A stretch of 62,686 nucleotides of DNA, filler included, from Circinaria calcarea (GCA_051942165.1; 26 parts of 26 records of this genome joined end to end with filler, not necessarily neighbours in it); one strand, 5' to 3'. Positions 1 through 13,006 are shown, counted from the whole stretch's first letter. A program made the numbers and translations. The notes: generated by a model not told the origin, from the letters alone.

Positions 1-981
1 CTCCTTCGCTGGAACCGTAGGCGCTCTGGCTAGGGTCGTGATACTGAACGGAAATGATTAAGATTCAATTCACTATAACCTCATTCCTTGTTTGCTCATT
101 CGGTTTCGAGACTACTCGCCCGACAACTCCCTTGCACATCCATCCATCGGGGCAGAAATGCAAACGGTCTCCCCACTCTTTTCCATTTTCCAACCCCTCA
201 CCCCTCCAATTCGCGCCCCCTTCAAACGTCCCAACACTAGAAACCCACCTGGGCGGGGGTGCCGACATCCCCCGCACCTGGCAATTCCAAAGTCTTCTCT
301 CGCAATGGATCCCGGAAAGGAATAGAGATCAGAGCAACAGCGAGCATGTTCCAGTTCCCTAGGAAAAGCACACCAAGCCAGATCCAGACCCAGACCGAAC
401 ATTCCAGAATTCAGAGCACACACCCACACACGAACACGGAGTGGAGGCCGGAGACAGGGCGATAGCGTAGAAAAACAGGCAGCAGCGAAGGATTACAACA
501 AATATATGCCATACACGTTGCATATCATTCTCATTTTCATTCTTATCCTCATCCCACGTTCATAATGGTGGTGGCAAATCCCCGTGCAAAAATAAGCCAT
601 CATCGCCCGCTTTCTGACCCGCCAAAGCTTTTGGGAAAAGGCCACGAGTTTCGCAAAGAAGGGGGGGCAGGAGATGGTCAGAAATTGCCTTCCGGGGGAA
701 TTAGACAAGGCCTATCGGGGTTTAATTAGCGAGCTTCTCACCGAGAATCCATGAGGGGGTGTTTTATATATTTCGTTGGAGAATATAGGGCTAAGCTAAG
801 CCGGCGGACATGCGGTAAGCGAATATTTACATACCCCGGGATCTCACATGTATCTACATCTGCTTCGTAAATATATTTTTATGCATGCAACACCACCCAA
901 TGTCAGTATCAGACCAAGCTCATATTCAAAGGAAAAATCAAGCGGGATCCTATGTAGGCACCACACAGCTCGAATGACCTT

Positions 982-2327
982 TCATAACTTCACCTGGAAT
1001 TTCGGATTCTTCCGTATTCGTTCGCCATACTTGTAGAAAAGTACCGGGATCGGGCACATGGCCAACGATATGAAGCCCAACAGCGAATTTCCCCATCCCA
1101 AACCTAGGGTATCGTACATCTTCGGTCCAGCTAGAGGCAGGAGAGCGCCCACCGCAGACCGGAAGACGGTGTTGGCAGCCATGGCCGAAGCAGCATAGAG
1201 AGTGAATGCATCGACAAGGTAGGTATTGATGGCCAACTATTCAACAAAGTTAGCGCGTCAGTTCATCAGACGGAGAGGAACTACCACTCATACAAATGTT
1301 GCCAGCAGTCCAAGTCCAACAAGCGAAGTGCCGAAGATTGGAACGAACCAATGTACGTGTTTCTCCGCAGCCCACCCGTAGATGAACAGTCCGATAGGGA
1401 TAAAGAAAGCACCAGGAATCATCGGCGGAAGTCTGTACTCGGGCTTCATATCGCCTCCCACTGTCTTCTTCTTGACTAGCCAGTCACTTGCGAACCCAAA
1501 CAATGCTAGTCCAGCAAACATCCCCAATCCTAAGCCCAGGTATGTTAAACCAACCACACCCTGAGAGAAACCGTATCGACCTTCAAAGACTTCTGTGATA
1601 GTGGTGAAGAGGAGGTAGAGGTATCCGTATACGACGGCCATGAAGGCAGACAACAGAAATACGATGGGTGAAAGGAAAAGCAGTTTTGTAGGTCGGATAA
1701 TCGAACGCTTGAACAGCTCTTTAGGGGTGAGGCCAGAGTCCATCTTTGATCTCAGGCCTTTATTTCCGGTCTCTTTCCGGAGACGTCTAGCTTTCCGCTC
1801 CAATATAATCACGGAAAAGGTTTCGCGTGTGAGGAATGCAAATGCAATGCTGACGGCACCAGCCTAATACTTTCAGTTAGCGTCCTTAACCAAAATAGAC
1901 AGTCGCCCACACACCCCCAAAGCAATCACCCAAAAAACCCACCTCCATCCTTTGGCCTCGGATAGAAAACCCCCCGCGATGGGACCGACGACCGGGCCCA
2001 TTAGAGGACCCATTGACCAGACCGAAATAGCCACACCTCTCTCGGCTTGCGTAAATAAATCGGCGATGGTCCCCCCACCCATGGTGATCACAGCTGAACC
2101 GGCACAACCTTCGAAAAACCGAAAGGCCACCAGCATGTTTAGATTGCTGCTGACGGCGCATGCCACGGTGAAGATGATAAACAAGACATTCGTGACGTGG
2201 TAAACCGGCGATCGACCGTAGAGCTCCGACATGGGAGCGATCAGAAGAGGACCGAAGGCATATCCGAGGACGTAGACGGAAACGACAAACGATGACAAAA
2301 GTCTATCATGGGAGTTGAACTCTCGCA
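982..2327 (-). CDS. MFS multidrug transporter, DHA1 family (5' truncated; introns 1864-1914 and 1237-1293)
   Basis: Motifs [39 protein letters not shown] and [16 protein letters not shown]. Canonical GT-AG introns with GCTAAC branch points join the three ORFs in frame. Confidence 0.93.
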
Positions 2328-2427
2328 NNNNNNNNNNNNNNNNNNNNNNNNNNNNNNNNNNNNNNNNNNNNTTAATTAATTAANNNNNNNNNNNNNNNNN
2401 NNNNNNNNNNNNNNNNNNNNNNNNNNN
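2328..2427. other. Artificial contig linker (first of 25): N44-TTAATTAATTAA-N44, six-frame stop spacer
   Basis: Same 100-nt spacer starts at 2328, 4755, 7181, 9607, 12032, 14456, 16878, 19297, 21714, 24131, 26548, 28964, 31379, 33793, 36207, 38619, 41030, 43441, 45850, 48259, 50666, 53072, 55477, 57881 and 60284. Intervening segments shrink from 2327 to 2303 bp. Confidence 0.99.
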
Positions 2428-2786
2428 AAGGCGGTCGCAGAAGGGTTGAGGAGGATCGCGGGGAAGTAAGGAGATTTACTGGAAGCCATGGAGAAGGCTT
2501 GGGGAACTGGTGCAAATTGACAACAGGAAGAAGATCAAGGGTAGGGATCTGATCCTCATAGGTACCCCGGAAGGATATGATAAGCAATGAGATCTATTGC
2601 TTTGCCACGTCTGGGTAGATTGAGATGCAAAGAATACACTTTCTCCCTCTTAGGTATGGTTCGACCTGCTCTAATATTTTATAGTACTTGTAAATAGTAT
2701 CCTTCCCCCTCCTCCCTAGGCCACCCCACCTTTTTCTCCGCGTCTTATCGGCGCAGCCTCCTCCGCCGCTACCGATCCACCCTAGC

Positions 2787-3608
2787 ATGAAGATGCCTCC
2801 TTCATCTGGCTTCCCTGCTGTACCTACACTGTCAACCACCATGCCGGCCTCATCGCCCCCGCTTACCCTCATCGTCGCCGCCACCCGCACCATGGGTATC
2901 GGCCGCCAGGGCACCCTGCCCTGGCCGCCACTGAAGCAAGAAATGGCCTACTTTGCCCGCGTCACCAAACGGCCCCCGCTCTCCACTCCCTTCACCAATC
3001 AAGCCGACTCGACACCAGCGCCAACAATCAACGCCGTCATCATGGGCCGTAAAACTTGGAATAGCATCCCGGCGCGGTTCCGTCCGCTCAAAGGGCGCGT
3101 GAATGTGATTGTCACGAGGGCGCCAGAGAAAATGGGGTTTCCTCCTTTGGCCCGGAGTAAAGACGCCCCAGCAAAAGAATGCAGAGGTGAAGAAAGCGGA
3201 GGGGAGCCAGCGATCGCAGTGAAGAGCATCTCGGAGGGCTTGAGAACCCTACAATCCCTCTATCCTCCCCCTTCATCTGCCTCCTTCTCACCAGATTGCC
3301 TACGGCTCGGCCGGGTATTCATCATCGGCGGTGCTGAAATCTACGCTTTCGCACTGCAAATGCCAGAATGCGAGCGGATCCTTCTGACGAGGATTCAGGG
3401 AGAGTTTGAGTGTGATACTTTCTTCCCTGTCACTCTGGGGGAAGCAGGTAGAAAAGATGAATTTGGAAGGGGATGGGTAAAGCAAGGGAAGGAGGACTTG
3501 GACAGGTGGGTGGGAGAGGAGGTACTGGCAGGGGTGGGCAGAGAAGGAGATGTGGAGTACGAGTTTGAAATGTGGGAGAGGGAAAGAGGGTTCCGGGAAG
3601 GATGTTGA
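2787..3608 (+). CDS. DFR1: Dihydrofolate reductase
   Basis: LIVAAT..MGIG..GTLPWP.LK.EMAYFARVT, NAVIMGRKTW.SIP..FRPLKGR.NVIVTR, VFIIGGAEIY and FECDTFFP. The start may be the ATG at 2841. Confidence 0.95.
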   Translation: MKMPPSSGFPAVPTLSTTMPASSPPLTLIVAATRTMGIGRQGTLPWPPLKQEMAYFARVTKRPPLSTPFTNQADSTPAPTINAVIMGRKTWNSIPARFRPLKGRVNVIVTRAPEKMGFPPLARSKDAPAKECRGEESGGEPAIAVKSISEGLRTLQSLYPPPSSASFSPDCLRLGRVFIIGGAEIYAFALQMPECERILLTRIQGEFECDTFFPVTLGEAGRKDEFGRGWVKQGKEDLDRWVGEEVLAGVGREGDVEYEFEMWERERGFREGC

Positions 3609-4267
3609 AAGTTTTGAATAGGGAGAGGAGTATGGTCAGACCTGAAGGAGAAGTATGACGAGTGAGAGCCAATCGGGCCGGGCTGCTCGTCCAGGCCTCC
3701 GTCTGGTCTACATGGGTTTGGATCCTGAGCGTCCAACAACGCCGATGTTGTTCGACATGCCGAAGGGAGAGCCGACTCGGTGATAAGACTTGCGGTAGGA
3801 CTTCGGAAATTCGGCTGGTAGAAGCTGTCAGCATGACATGGGGGGAAAGACTGAAGCCAAAGGTCCAGGTATTCTGCAGCCAGTCAAAAGCATAAGAGTT
3901 GCCGTTCTTTCAATGGTACCCCTTTTCGGAGTGTCTGTTCTTGCAACAGGCGGCAGAGCTACCTCGTGGCGGTGCATGATGAGTCGGCGGTGCAGCTACG
4001 GATGTGCCTTTATAGTTGAAAGATTCGGATATTGTTCAGAGTTATTACTACATGACAGCTGTACACAGTCAACGATACTCAGATGCCAAACATCTTCCTG
4101 CGCGCCTGAAGCCGTTTGGCAAGATGATTGGCAAGATGATTGGCGGCCCACAACCCTTATGTTCAAGCGCCGAGATAGAGAGTACGTGCTCAAACTCCGT
4201 CCAATGCCTCCACCAAACATCATTGCTTGCTCCTGCCCGGAATCCTTGGACAGTTCGCCGAGTTTTT

Positions 4268-4754
4268 TCACTCCTCATATTGACCGCTCACGAGCGGCAT
4301 ATGACTGTGTTCCAGCTTACCCTTCAGGTATTCGTACACAGTGAAGGTTACAGCCTGTCCTGGCGCCACTCTCATGATTCTCGGGGTGATTCCTTTGTAA
4401 AAGGCATGGAAACCCTCTTGCTTGAACATGTCGGATGCAATCATCCTGATCCTCGATATTGCAGTTTCACCTGGCTGACCGGGCGTTTTCTGAAGTCGAG
4501 TCTTAATTGTATCTATCGGCGCATTACTCAAAGGACCCATGGCCCCACTGATCAGTCCAATGAGCATTGTCTGATAACTCGGTAACTCCTTGTCATTATA
4601 GGCCGGCTGCCACGACTGCAGGAGTGATTTGAGTTCCGTGTAAGCCGTAAAGTTAACGGCTTGGTTAGTCCCCTGACGGAGTGCGGTAAGTGAGACGCCT
4701 CGATATAACGCGCCGAGGCCTTCTTCTTTAATCACGGTATAAGTGGCGTGCGCT
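4268..4754 (-). CDS. SFC1: Mitochondrial succinate-fumarate carrier, C-terminal part
   Basis: Carrier signature PIDTIKTRLQ, plus ALYRGVSLTALRQGTNQAVNF and FYKGITPRIMRVAPGQAVTF, typical of Sfc1/Acr1. Confidence 0.88.
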
Positions 4755-5469
4755 NNNNNNNNNNNNNNNNNNNNNNNNNNNNNNNNNNNNNNNNNNNNTT
4801 AATTAATTAANNNNNNNNNNNNNNNNNNNNNNNNNNNNNNNNNNNNNNNNNNNNCGTAAGGGATAAGGGATAATTTTATCAGTATGACTCCCAGGGGGGG
4901 GGGTACTGGGTTAGTATATGCTGGAGAGTTGGAGAGCTAGAAAGCAGAGAGCAGCGGAAGCCTTTATTATTTTTGGGGGTTTTCTGGCTAAGGAGTTGGG
5001 CGGAAGGGGGGGCTATTTTTTTTGGGAAAGGGAAAGGGCGGGTATTTCCCCCCTCCCCAAGATAGATAAAGATAGAAACCCAGATAAAAGGAAGGGGTTT
5101 TTTGGGGGATACCATACCATACCAGAACCCCACGCCGGAGCCGGAGTACCTCGATATATACAAGTACATGGTATATAATATTCACCTTTGGGCGGGGTAC
5201 GAGTACGAGTACGCGGGGGAGTTGGAGATCCCTTTATTATTCCAAGGAATGTTTCGTTCAATATGGTATAGCGTAAACTCGGAGCTACGCTTCTCGTACG
5301 TACCCAGCAAGTCTCTGTTTCTCTGTTGCCACACCAAAAAAAAAATAAACCACTACTCTTTAAAAAAGAACTTGACTGGGATATTTGTCTCTTTGACAGT
5401 CGTTCTTCTTGTTCTTGTTTAAGGGGGTTCTTTGGCCTTTGGCGAGTATAGGTAGCTGTTAGATTGCCT

Positions 5470-5835
5470 CAATCGGCCCAGCCCCTTTGTTAATCCATTG
5501 ATTTAGAAAAGTCTACTAGGATTCGCAAGCGTGTTTTTCAGAAAAAAGACAAATTCTTATATCGCTTTCGTTTTCCCTTGAAGGTGACGGAGCAAGGCAT
5601 CTGAGAGCAAGAGTTGTAGAGTCCAAAAAGGAAAAAAAAAGGTCTAAATGGTCCTAATCAACCGCATCTGACTCCCCTTCCCTCATCCGATTAGCCGAAG
5701 AGAGTAGAAATCTGCAAGCGTGCTTTTTAGAAAAGACAAATGGTCATGTCCGCTCCGGCTTCCCATAGAAGCCCTGAATCAGGCATCCGAGAGCAAAAGA
5801 GGAGAATCCCAAAAAACTCTTATACCCCTAATCCA
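5470..5835. repeat. Degenerate tandem duplication, ~188-bp period
   Basis: GCAAGCGTGYTTTT..GAAAA..GACAAAT at 5525 and 5714; AGGCATCYGAGAGCAA at 5595 and 5781. Confidence 0.7.
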
Positions 5836-5965
5836 CCATATCCCAAACTCCCTTCCATCTATCCGCATTACCTTTCTATTCCTCCCTGTATCCTATGCAC
5901 TTTTTTGTCCCGCCTCCTCCCAATAAACACCTCCCCCCGCCTGTTGGCCCCCAACGTCTTAAGTC

Positions 5966-6211
5966 CTAGTACCCGTAGGGACAAGCCGCACACTTGACAT
6001 GGTAGCAGTCGTAACATGAGTAGAATCTCCCGATCTCGTGGTATTTCATCGGTATGTTGCAGCGGCAACAGTAGGGCCTCATCATGTAAGGGACGGTGAG
6101 CGGTCTTGAGCTGCGGTCGTGGTCGAGAGGGTTGGTCATATGGTTCTCGGGAGTTGTGGAAGGAGAAGAGGCGTTTTGATGGTTGGGGCTCGGAGGTAAT
6201 GGAGATGGCAT
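5966..6211 (-). CDS. Small Cys-rich putative zinc-ribbon protein
   Basis: 81-aa ORF ending YCCRC-x13-CYDCYHVKCAAC; TATAAG about 220 nt upstream (~6426-6431). Confidence 0.45.
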   Translation of the reverse strand: MPSPLPPSPNHQNASSPSTTPENHMTNPLDHDRSSRPLTVPYMMRPYCCRCNIPMKYHEIGRFYSCYDCYHVKCAACPYGY

Positions 6212-7280
6212 GGTTATTTGTTGGTTTGAGGTTGGGAAGGGGTGGGTGATGGGGTTGGGTGGTTGGTATGCGGTTGGGGATGGAGGGAATATAGATGATG
6301 AATGGTGGTTTGATAGAGCGGTTGATGAAATGGGGGCTGATGGAAGAGAATTTGATGGTAGAGAGGTTTTGGTTTAGATGCCTATGGTAGGAAGGAGAGA
6401 AGGAAAAAGAAGAGAAGAAGCGGTCTTATAAGTAGAGGTATCCATGATGAATATGATGCAGAAGCAGGAACAGGAGAGGGAGTCATATCATACCGGGTAG
6501 AATACCTTGAATGGAGAGGTTTCTTTGCGTAATATGACCTTGTTGGCTCCATGACTCGCTAGGATATACACAGAAGCTGAGATTTGGTCGGTGCATATAC
6601 CTTTTCGTTTTTCTTGGGCACGGCTAAGCCATACCAAGGATGTATGCGAGGTCATAACGTAGGTGACCTAGTTGCACCATGTCCCGTTTCCAGCAGGTGA
6701 AGCAGCTTTGACTCTTTCAGAAGACCCGCTGTTCCATACTGAGTGAGTGATATCAAAGATTCTATTGTAATTCATAGCTCACTTCATCTTGGTACCTCTC
6801 CATGGCAACCATGACATACTGGCGAACATGTCAGGTGAGGAAGAAAAAGGCAGAGATAATGAACCCAGCGGCATAACTTGAAAAGAGGGTCGACTTGGAC
6901 GAATCAAACAATGGTATCAGAAAGGACAATGTTCGAGTATATGGTATAAAGTAGCCAATGGTTTTCCCTACACAATACACTACCTTCGTCAGCGAACCCA
7001 TCCTAGGAAGGCTTATCTAGTTGAGTATACTGCCATTGACAATGCTACTGTAGAGTACTGTTGAATAGGAGATATGCCAGTGTGTCTATGTCAATCCTTG
7101 TTCAGTGACTCTAAGATCTTTCCCGCAGTAAGAAGGCGGGAAATCAACGTTGAAGAGTGGTCCAGGAGATCAAACCTGCGNNNNNNNNNNNNNNNNNNNN
7201 NNNNNNNNNNNNNNNNNNNNNNNNTTAATTAATTAANNNNNNNNNNNNNNNNNNNNNNNNNNNNNNNNNNNNNNNNNNNN

Positions 7281-7671
7281 GAAGGACGAGTAAGGCAATG
7301 CCGACACACACTGCCGTGAAGAGTAAGGCACCGACCACACCAATGACGAGGGCTGCAACCAGGGCAAACACGAAGACACCGATGGTCATGACGACGAAGA
7401 GGGCGACGGGTATCCCGGATAAGGCGATTTGGGAAAGGAGAAATGACTACGCATGAATCAGGTGAGCCAAAAGGATCAGTCAACAAGGCGTTTCAGTAGG
7501 GTGGCTCACGGCAAACATGGGCTTCTCCGTAGCAAACTTGGAGAACTTTGCCCAAAGCTCATTGCGGCGCTCTGGGGGAAAGAATCGGTCTAGCAAGCTT
7601 TGCCCTTGGTTTATGACTCCATTGACAGTGCCTTGGAGGGCCCCAGTCATGCCTCCAACGATTTCCGCCAT
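7281..7671 (-). CDS. Promethin/LDAF1-like lipid-droplet membrane protein, N-terminal part (intron 7447-7509)
   Basis: LDRFFPPERRNELWAKFSKFATEKP spliced to the long hydrophobic hairpin SFLLSQIALSGIPVALFVVMTIGVFVFALVAALVIG. Confidence 0.7.
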
Positions 7672-7968
7672 TTCGTCCGTAGATAGTAGGGATTAGGAAT
7701 CAGAAGCTGATGGGCCGGATCGAATCGCGCTGGAATTGGGAAGGGGATATACCAGAGTCTTGAAGGAATATGCTTTGATAGTCGGCTGGAGGGAGTAACG
7801 ATAGGAGAGAGGCGTCTTGACCCTTGAGGATAGTCATGCCAAACACCTCGGTACCCCATCGACGCCGTGCTTTGAAGACCTTGGTTTTTCCCCCCGAATA
7901 TGACGTTATAACCGACTAGTGACCGGCACGTGAGTCCGAATAAGCGCACGGTCCATCACATACACGTA

Positions 7969-8091
7969 CTCGTCTACAAGCATATCAGTCGTTAGTACGA
8001 TCTGCTAATACCGGGGATCTTATTGGTCACTATACTTGAAATGTACCCTGTTTTGCCAAGCTCACTAACGACTGATATGCTTGTAGACCAG
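7969..8091. mobile_element. MITE (123 bp), Tc1/mariner-pogo type
   Basis: 28-bp TIRs at 7969-7996 and 8064-8091 (CTSGTCTACAAGCATATCAGTCGTTAGT, one mismatch), flanked by TA on both sides. Confidence 0.8.
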
Positions 8092-8926
8092 TACATCTGC
8101 CCCGGATATAAGTCAACAACAGTACATTGGATAATTATACTGCTATTGAAGCCTCTCGCCTTGCTTCACTGATCTCTGTCAGCACGATCAACGTAATATT
8201 CGATGCCAAAGAGCTGAGAGATATATATCTACTGCACGGTGTACGAGTACAAAGTCAGACATTACAATGATGAGTAATTCAAGAACTTGGAGCTGTGGCT
8301 CGATATGCAAGGATTTATTCTGGTAATGATCCTAAATACACTCAAGCTGGCTTAACTTCCTCGCGGTTGCACAAGGCTCATTACTAGCTATTGCCCGCTT
8401 AATCCTGCCCACTCCGCGCAAAGATCATCTGATGCTTAGGTCTGACCCCTTTCTCTTCCATCATCCATTATGAAGTGGTCGACCCTTGGATCCAGCTCCA
8501 GCGCCTATTCTACATAGCGGCTCATAAGCCGGACCATTAAACTCCAGTCATATCCTTCGGCCATGGAATTTGCCGTCTCTCTCAGCCTCAATGTGTATTC
8601 CTCTAATGCCAAGACTCCACCTCTACTCTATCGCAAAGCCCAAGGTGCATCCCAATCAAGCTCACACCGGCGATGGCTGGTATGTCAAACGGTGGGCTGG
8701 GAAGCCCTAAGCCGGACATAAACTACGGCCACCCTGAAGAACAAATAATCGGTATACATAGGCTCGGCACAGAGGAGTAAAGGTATAATGCGGATGATGA
8801 AGGAGGGAAGACGAGGTCGTTGAGGATATAGCTGAATGATCGCTGATGTGCCCAAAATCTATTGATTGGCCCTGCTGAAGGTTAGCGGTCAAGTCTATGA
8901 CTCGGGGGTCTATCCGTACCCTTTGT

Positions 8927-9606
8927 TCACCTAATCTGCTCCCGGTTCCTGGGGCTGCTGAGCATGCTATCAACATCTTCCCACTGGTCACTGTCGTCCG
9001 GAGTTGGTTCGGCTGGTAGCTGGCTGTCATCGGCGGCGCCGATGTGCTCCTGTCCATTCCCCGTGTCCTGGGGTAGTCCGGCTTGCAGTGTTCCTTCTAG
9101 CTCAACCACCCTGTCATTGTCATCCATTTCTACATTGAAATCGAGAGCCTCCCCTCGTACGACCTCTTCCCGAAGGTCGAGGGCCACGTCGCACCGCTGC
9201 ATCAACTCAGCGCGCCCCGGTTGTCCCGGCTCGTCCCCGAAGTCTTCGGCAGTCATGCCGTAAGCTCTTAAGTTCTCTTCGAGCCACAACATTCGCTGGA
9301 AAAGGTGGACACCCACCCAGTCGAGCTCTTCATTCAGCTGCACTTGCCGATCATAACTGCCCTTGACCCGCTCCGATTTGTCAGCGCACCGGTAGTACGC
9401 TTCCCTCACCCCCTCGAGGTCGTCACGGTTTGTAGGGGCTTCGCATGTCAGCATCTCTCCTAGTGCCCGGATCTCCTTCTCGATTGGAGACAAGGAAGCT
9501 GGTGGTCCCCGGGGCACAACCAGAAACGAAGGGTTTTTCTCCGCTACCAAGGCTTCCAGCTTGTCAAACACCGCCAAGGCCTTTTCGAGCTTTTCCCTCA
9601 GCTTTC
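8927..9606 (-). CDS. Hypothetical acidic/helical protein, C-terminal part
   Basis: Frame of more than 220 codons open from the contig edge with protein-like composition; no family recognised. Confidence 0.5.
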
Positions 9607-9917
9607 NNNNNNNNNNNNNNNNNNNNNNNNNNNNNNNNNNNNNNNNNNNNTTAATTAATTAANNNNNNNNNNNNNNNNNNNNNNNNNNNNNNNNNNNNNN
9701 NNNNNNATCCCTTCCCACATCCCACAGTACTTCTCACAATACTTTATTAGATATCGGAGGCAATCCAAACAAGGACAATACCTCCTCTTGTGACCTTATC
9801 ATGCCTTTACCCGGCCCCCCAACTTCGAAGAGGGGAGGATTAGCCTATGTTGACATATAATATCAACGGCTCTCTCTTTACATTCTTCTCTCTCGTCCCT
9901 TCAACTGCACTGCAAAC

Positions 9918-11778
9918 ATGTTGTTCTCCACTCGCGTGTTCGGCGCAGGGTTCGTTTTTGCCAACGCCCTCGTGTCTGCTTTGCCCTTTGATGGTGACTT
10001 TGCACCCAAGGATAAGCGCTCCTTTGTCGAGCGCGATGGGGTCAATTTCACCGTCTTTGAGCACGCAGCTACTGGTGCTAAGATGCAGTTTGTCACTAAT
10101 TCAGGCATCTGCGAAACCACGCCGGGAGTCAACCAGTACTCTGGCTACCTCTCTGTCGGGAATAACATGAATATGTGGTGAGTTTGACTGTCGAGCCGGA
10201 CCCTTCCAAAACTATCACTAATCATGGTTATCAAAGGTTCTGGTTCTTCGAAGCCCGGAACAGTCCTGCTACAGCTCCTCTGGCAACATGGTTCAACGGT
10301 GGCCCAGGCTGCTCCAGTAAGTGAGGCTCAGAGTATTTCAGCTTGCAAACAGAATCCCGAGATAGGGTCCAATACATTCTTTTACCCATATTGGTCAAGA
10401 TCAGTGGCGACCTATTCTTTTAGAACAGGAATGCGAATTTATCCGTCCTTTATCTGTCTGATATCATGCTTTTTCTAGGTATGATAGGCTTATTCCAGGA
10501 GAATGGCCCTTGTCACTTTGTCAACGGAGCGTCCACCCCCTCTGTGAATCCATACAGCTGGAATGAGTACGCCAACATGCTATACATTGACCAACCCATT
10601 GGAACCGGCTTCTCATATGGGACCGATTCTGTCACATCAACCGTTACGGCAGCACCGTTCGTCTGGAAGCTGCTACAAGCCTTTTACACGCAATTTCCCC
10701 AGTACGAGAACCGGGACTTTGGTGTCTTTACCGAGTCATACGGGGGCCATTACGGCCCGGAGTTCGCCTCCTACTTCGAGTCCCAAAACGCTGCCATCGC
10801 CGCCAAGACTGTCAGCGGACAGAACATCCAGCTGGTAGCCTTAGGTATCAACAACGGTTGGTTCGATCCCATCCTGCAAGAAAAAGCGTACGTCGACTAC
10901 AGTTACAGCAACTCGTACAAGCCCCTCATCACAGCCGCCCAGCACACCTCCTACCTAAACGCCTACAACACCAAGTGTCTCCCCGCATTGCAAAGCTGTC
11001 CCGCTGTGACAGGCACCAACTCGGCCTGCAAAAACGCAGATAGTGTGTGCTACAGCTCTGTTGAAGGCCCCCTGAGCTCCGTTACCGATTTTGACGTTTA
11101 CGATATCCGCGCCCCGAGGAAAGACCCCAACCCCCCAGAGACATACCTTTCTTATCTCCAAACTCCGTCTGTCGTAAAAGCCATTGGCGCGCAGAGCGCC
11201 TACCAAGAATGCGCAAACGCCCCATATACGAAATTCTCTTCAACAGGAGACGGTCCGTCACCCTCTCTTCCCTTCCCCTTCTAAACCTTGAAGCGTCCTC
11301 CTCCGCATCTGCCCCTGAGAAACCAAAACCTAACATTCCTCTCACAGACGCCCGCTCCTTCCTCCCTGCCCTCTCCTCCGTGGTCAAATCCGGCATCACC
11401 ACCCTCATCTGGGCCGGTGACGCAGACTGGATCTGCAACTGGTTGGGCGGGCAAGCCGCCGCGAACGTAATCTCCTATTCGGGACAAAGCACCTTCGAGG
11501 CCAAGTTGCTAGCACCATATAGTGTCAATGGAGTGCAGGGAGGCACGTTTAAGACACAAGGGGTGCTGAGCTTTTTGAGAGTCTTTGGGGCGGGGCACGA
11601 GGTGCCGTTTTATCGTAAGTTCTTTTGGTCCTGGTGGTTATTATGTCTTCGAGGGGAAAGAGACCCAAGGGTAATTGTTGAGGCTGGGTGCTGACTCGTA
11701 ATGGGAATCTCAGAACCAGCGCTTTCGCTTCAGGTCTTCAAGCAGACGATGCAGGGGAAGCCTATTTTCTCCACTTAA
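9918..11778 (+). CDS. Secreted serine carboxypeptidase, peptidase S10 (carboxypeptidase S1-like); introns 10178-10236, 10317-10478, 11253-11347, 11615-11713
   Basis: Signal peptide; [37 protein letters not shown], catalytic [15 protein letters not shown] and GAGHEVP. The spliced model is in frame to TAA at 11776-11778. Confidence 0.95.
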
Positions 11779-12281
11779 GGTTGTTGTCTCCGCTTCCGTG
11801 AAGACTTCTCGTTCAAATGACGTTTATGATATATTAGGGCTAGGATGGAATCACGTCACTATCTGCGATAATGTCTATAGAATCCAAGCACATTCGATTA
11901 GGTAGCTTTGGGGACAATGAAAGTCATAAGAGTTATGTTGGTTCCTCGGATTGACAACAAATCATATACATCCCCATCACCTGTTTTCCTAACACTTAGA
12001 ACAGGCTGATTCACTATTCTGCAGCTTCTTGNNNNNNNNNNNNNNNNNNNNNNNNNNNNNNNNNNNNNNNNNNNNTTAATTAATTAANNNNNNNNNNNNN
12101 NNNNNNNNNNNNNNNNNNNNNNNNNNNNNNNCCCCCGGGGGGGTGCTTGGCCCTTTTCCTCCTCCTATTCGATAAAATAAAAACAGGTGACAGACAGACA
12201 GATAGATAAAAATTCAAGAGACTCAGGAAGACTCGAGATGGAGAAATTGGGTCAAGTGAGTAAACAAACAAATCCCCCCAC

Positions 12282-12304
12282 CATACCATACCATACCATA
12301 CCAT
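12282..12304. repeat. (ATACC)n microsatellite in homopolymer-rich intergenic DNA
   Basis: About four and a half ATACC units. Confidence 0.75.
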
Positions 12305-13006
12305 CCTATTGGAACAAAAGGTAGGTAGGTGGGGGGGCTGGGGACATGCATAGAGCTGTGAAAGGTTTTGCTTTGCTTTGCATTCTTACTGTATGTTTGT
12401 GCACTGGAGCTCGCCTTTTTTTTTTTTTGGCCGTGCATGGAAAGGCAACACGCCCTACAGTTAATCTAATCGGGTCTACCAGGGTATGACTTCCAACACC
12501 TGCCCCGAAGCAATCACGTAATACTTTTTCCCCAAAAGCACTGCGGAGATATGGAGGAGTTCGGTTTATACCTTGGGCTTTTTTGTTGGCGGGTTTTCTC
12601 GATGTAGGAGCAGGGGGTTTAAAGTGGAGGCTGAATTTTCCCGGGGGGGGGGGTTTCTATTTCTTTTTTCTTGGGGGGGAGAGGCAAAAAAGGGAGGATT
12701 TGAACGGTTGGGCAAGGTAAGGTAAATTAAGAGGTTGAAAGAGAAGAAGAGGAGAGTAAGGTACCTAGTGCAAGAGCACCTATTTACATTTCCATTATAT
12801 ATATAGGACCGGGATCGTGTATATACAGGCGGGAAGAATCAAAAATCTAGACCTCCTTCATCTCCCGTCTCCAAAAATTGAAAAGCGAAAATACAAAACG
12901 AGGTATCTGAATAGACACTGATGACATGATGCCAACTCCCATGTACAAAAAAAGTAAAATGACAGCAGTACTAGAGAACTAAAAAAGCCCCACTCAAATC
13001 CCAGCT

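Noticed and set aside
54..708. Several short overlapping ORFs at the window start
   Set aside because: No recognisable motifs or consistent gene structure; probably promoter or UTR.
4116..4144. 12-bp tandem repeat TTGGCAAGATGA
   Set aside because: Simple local slippage in a 3' intergenic region.
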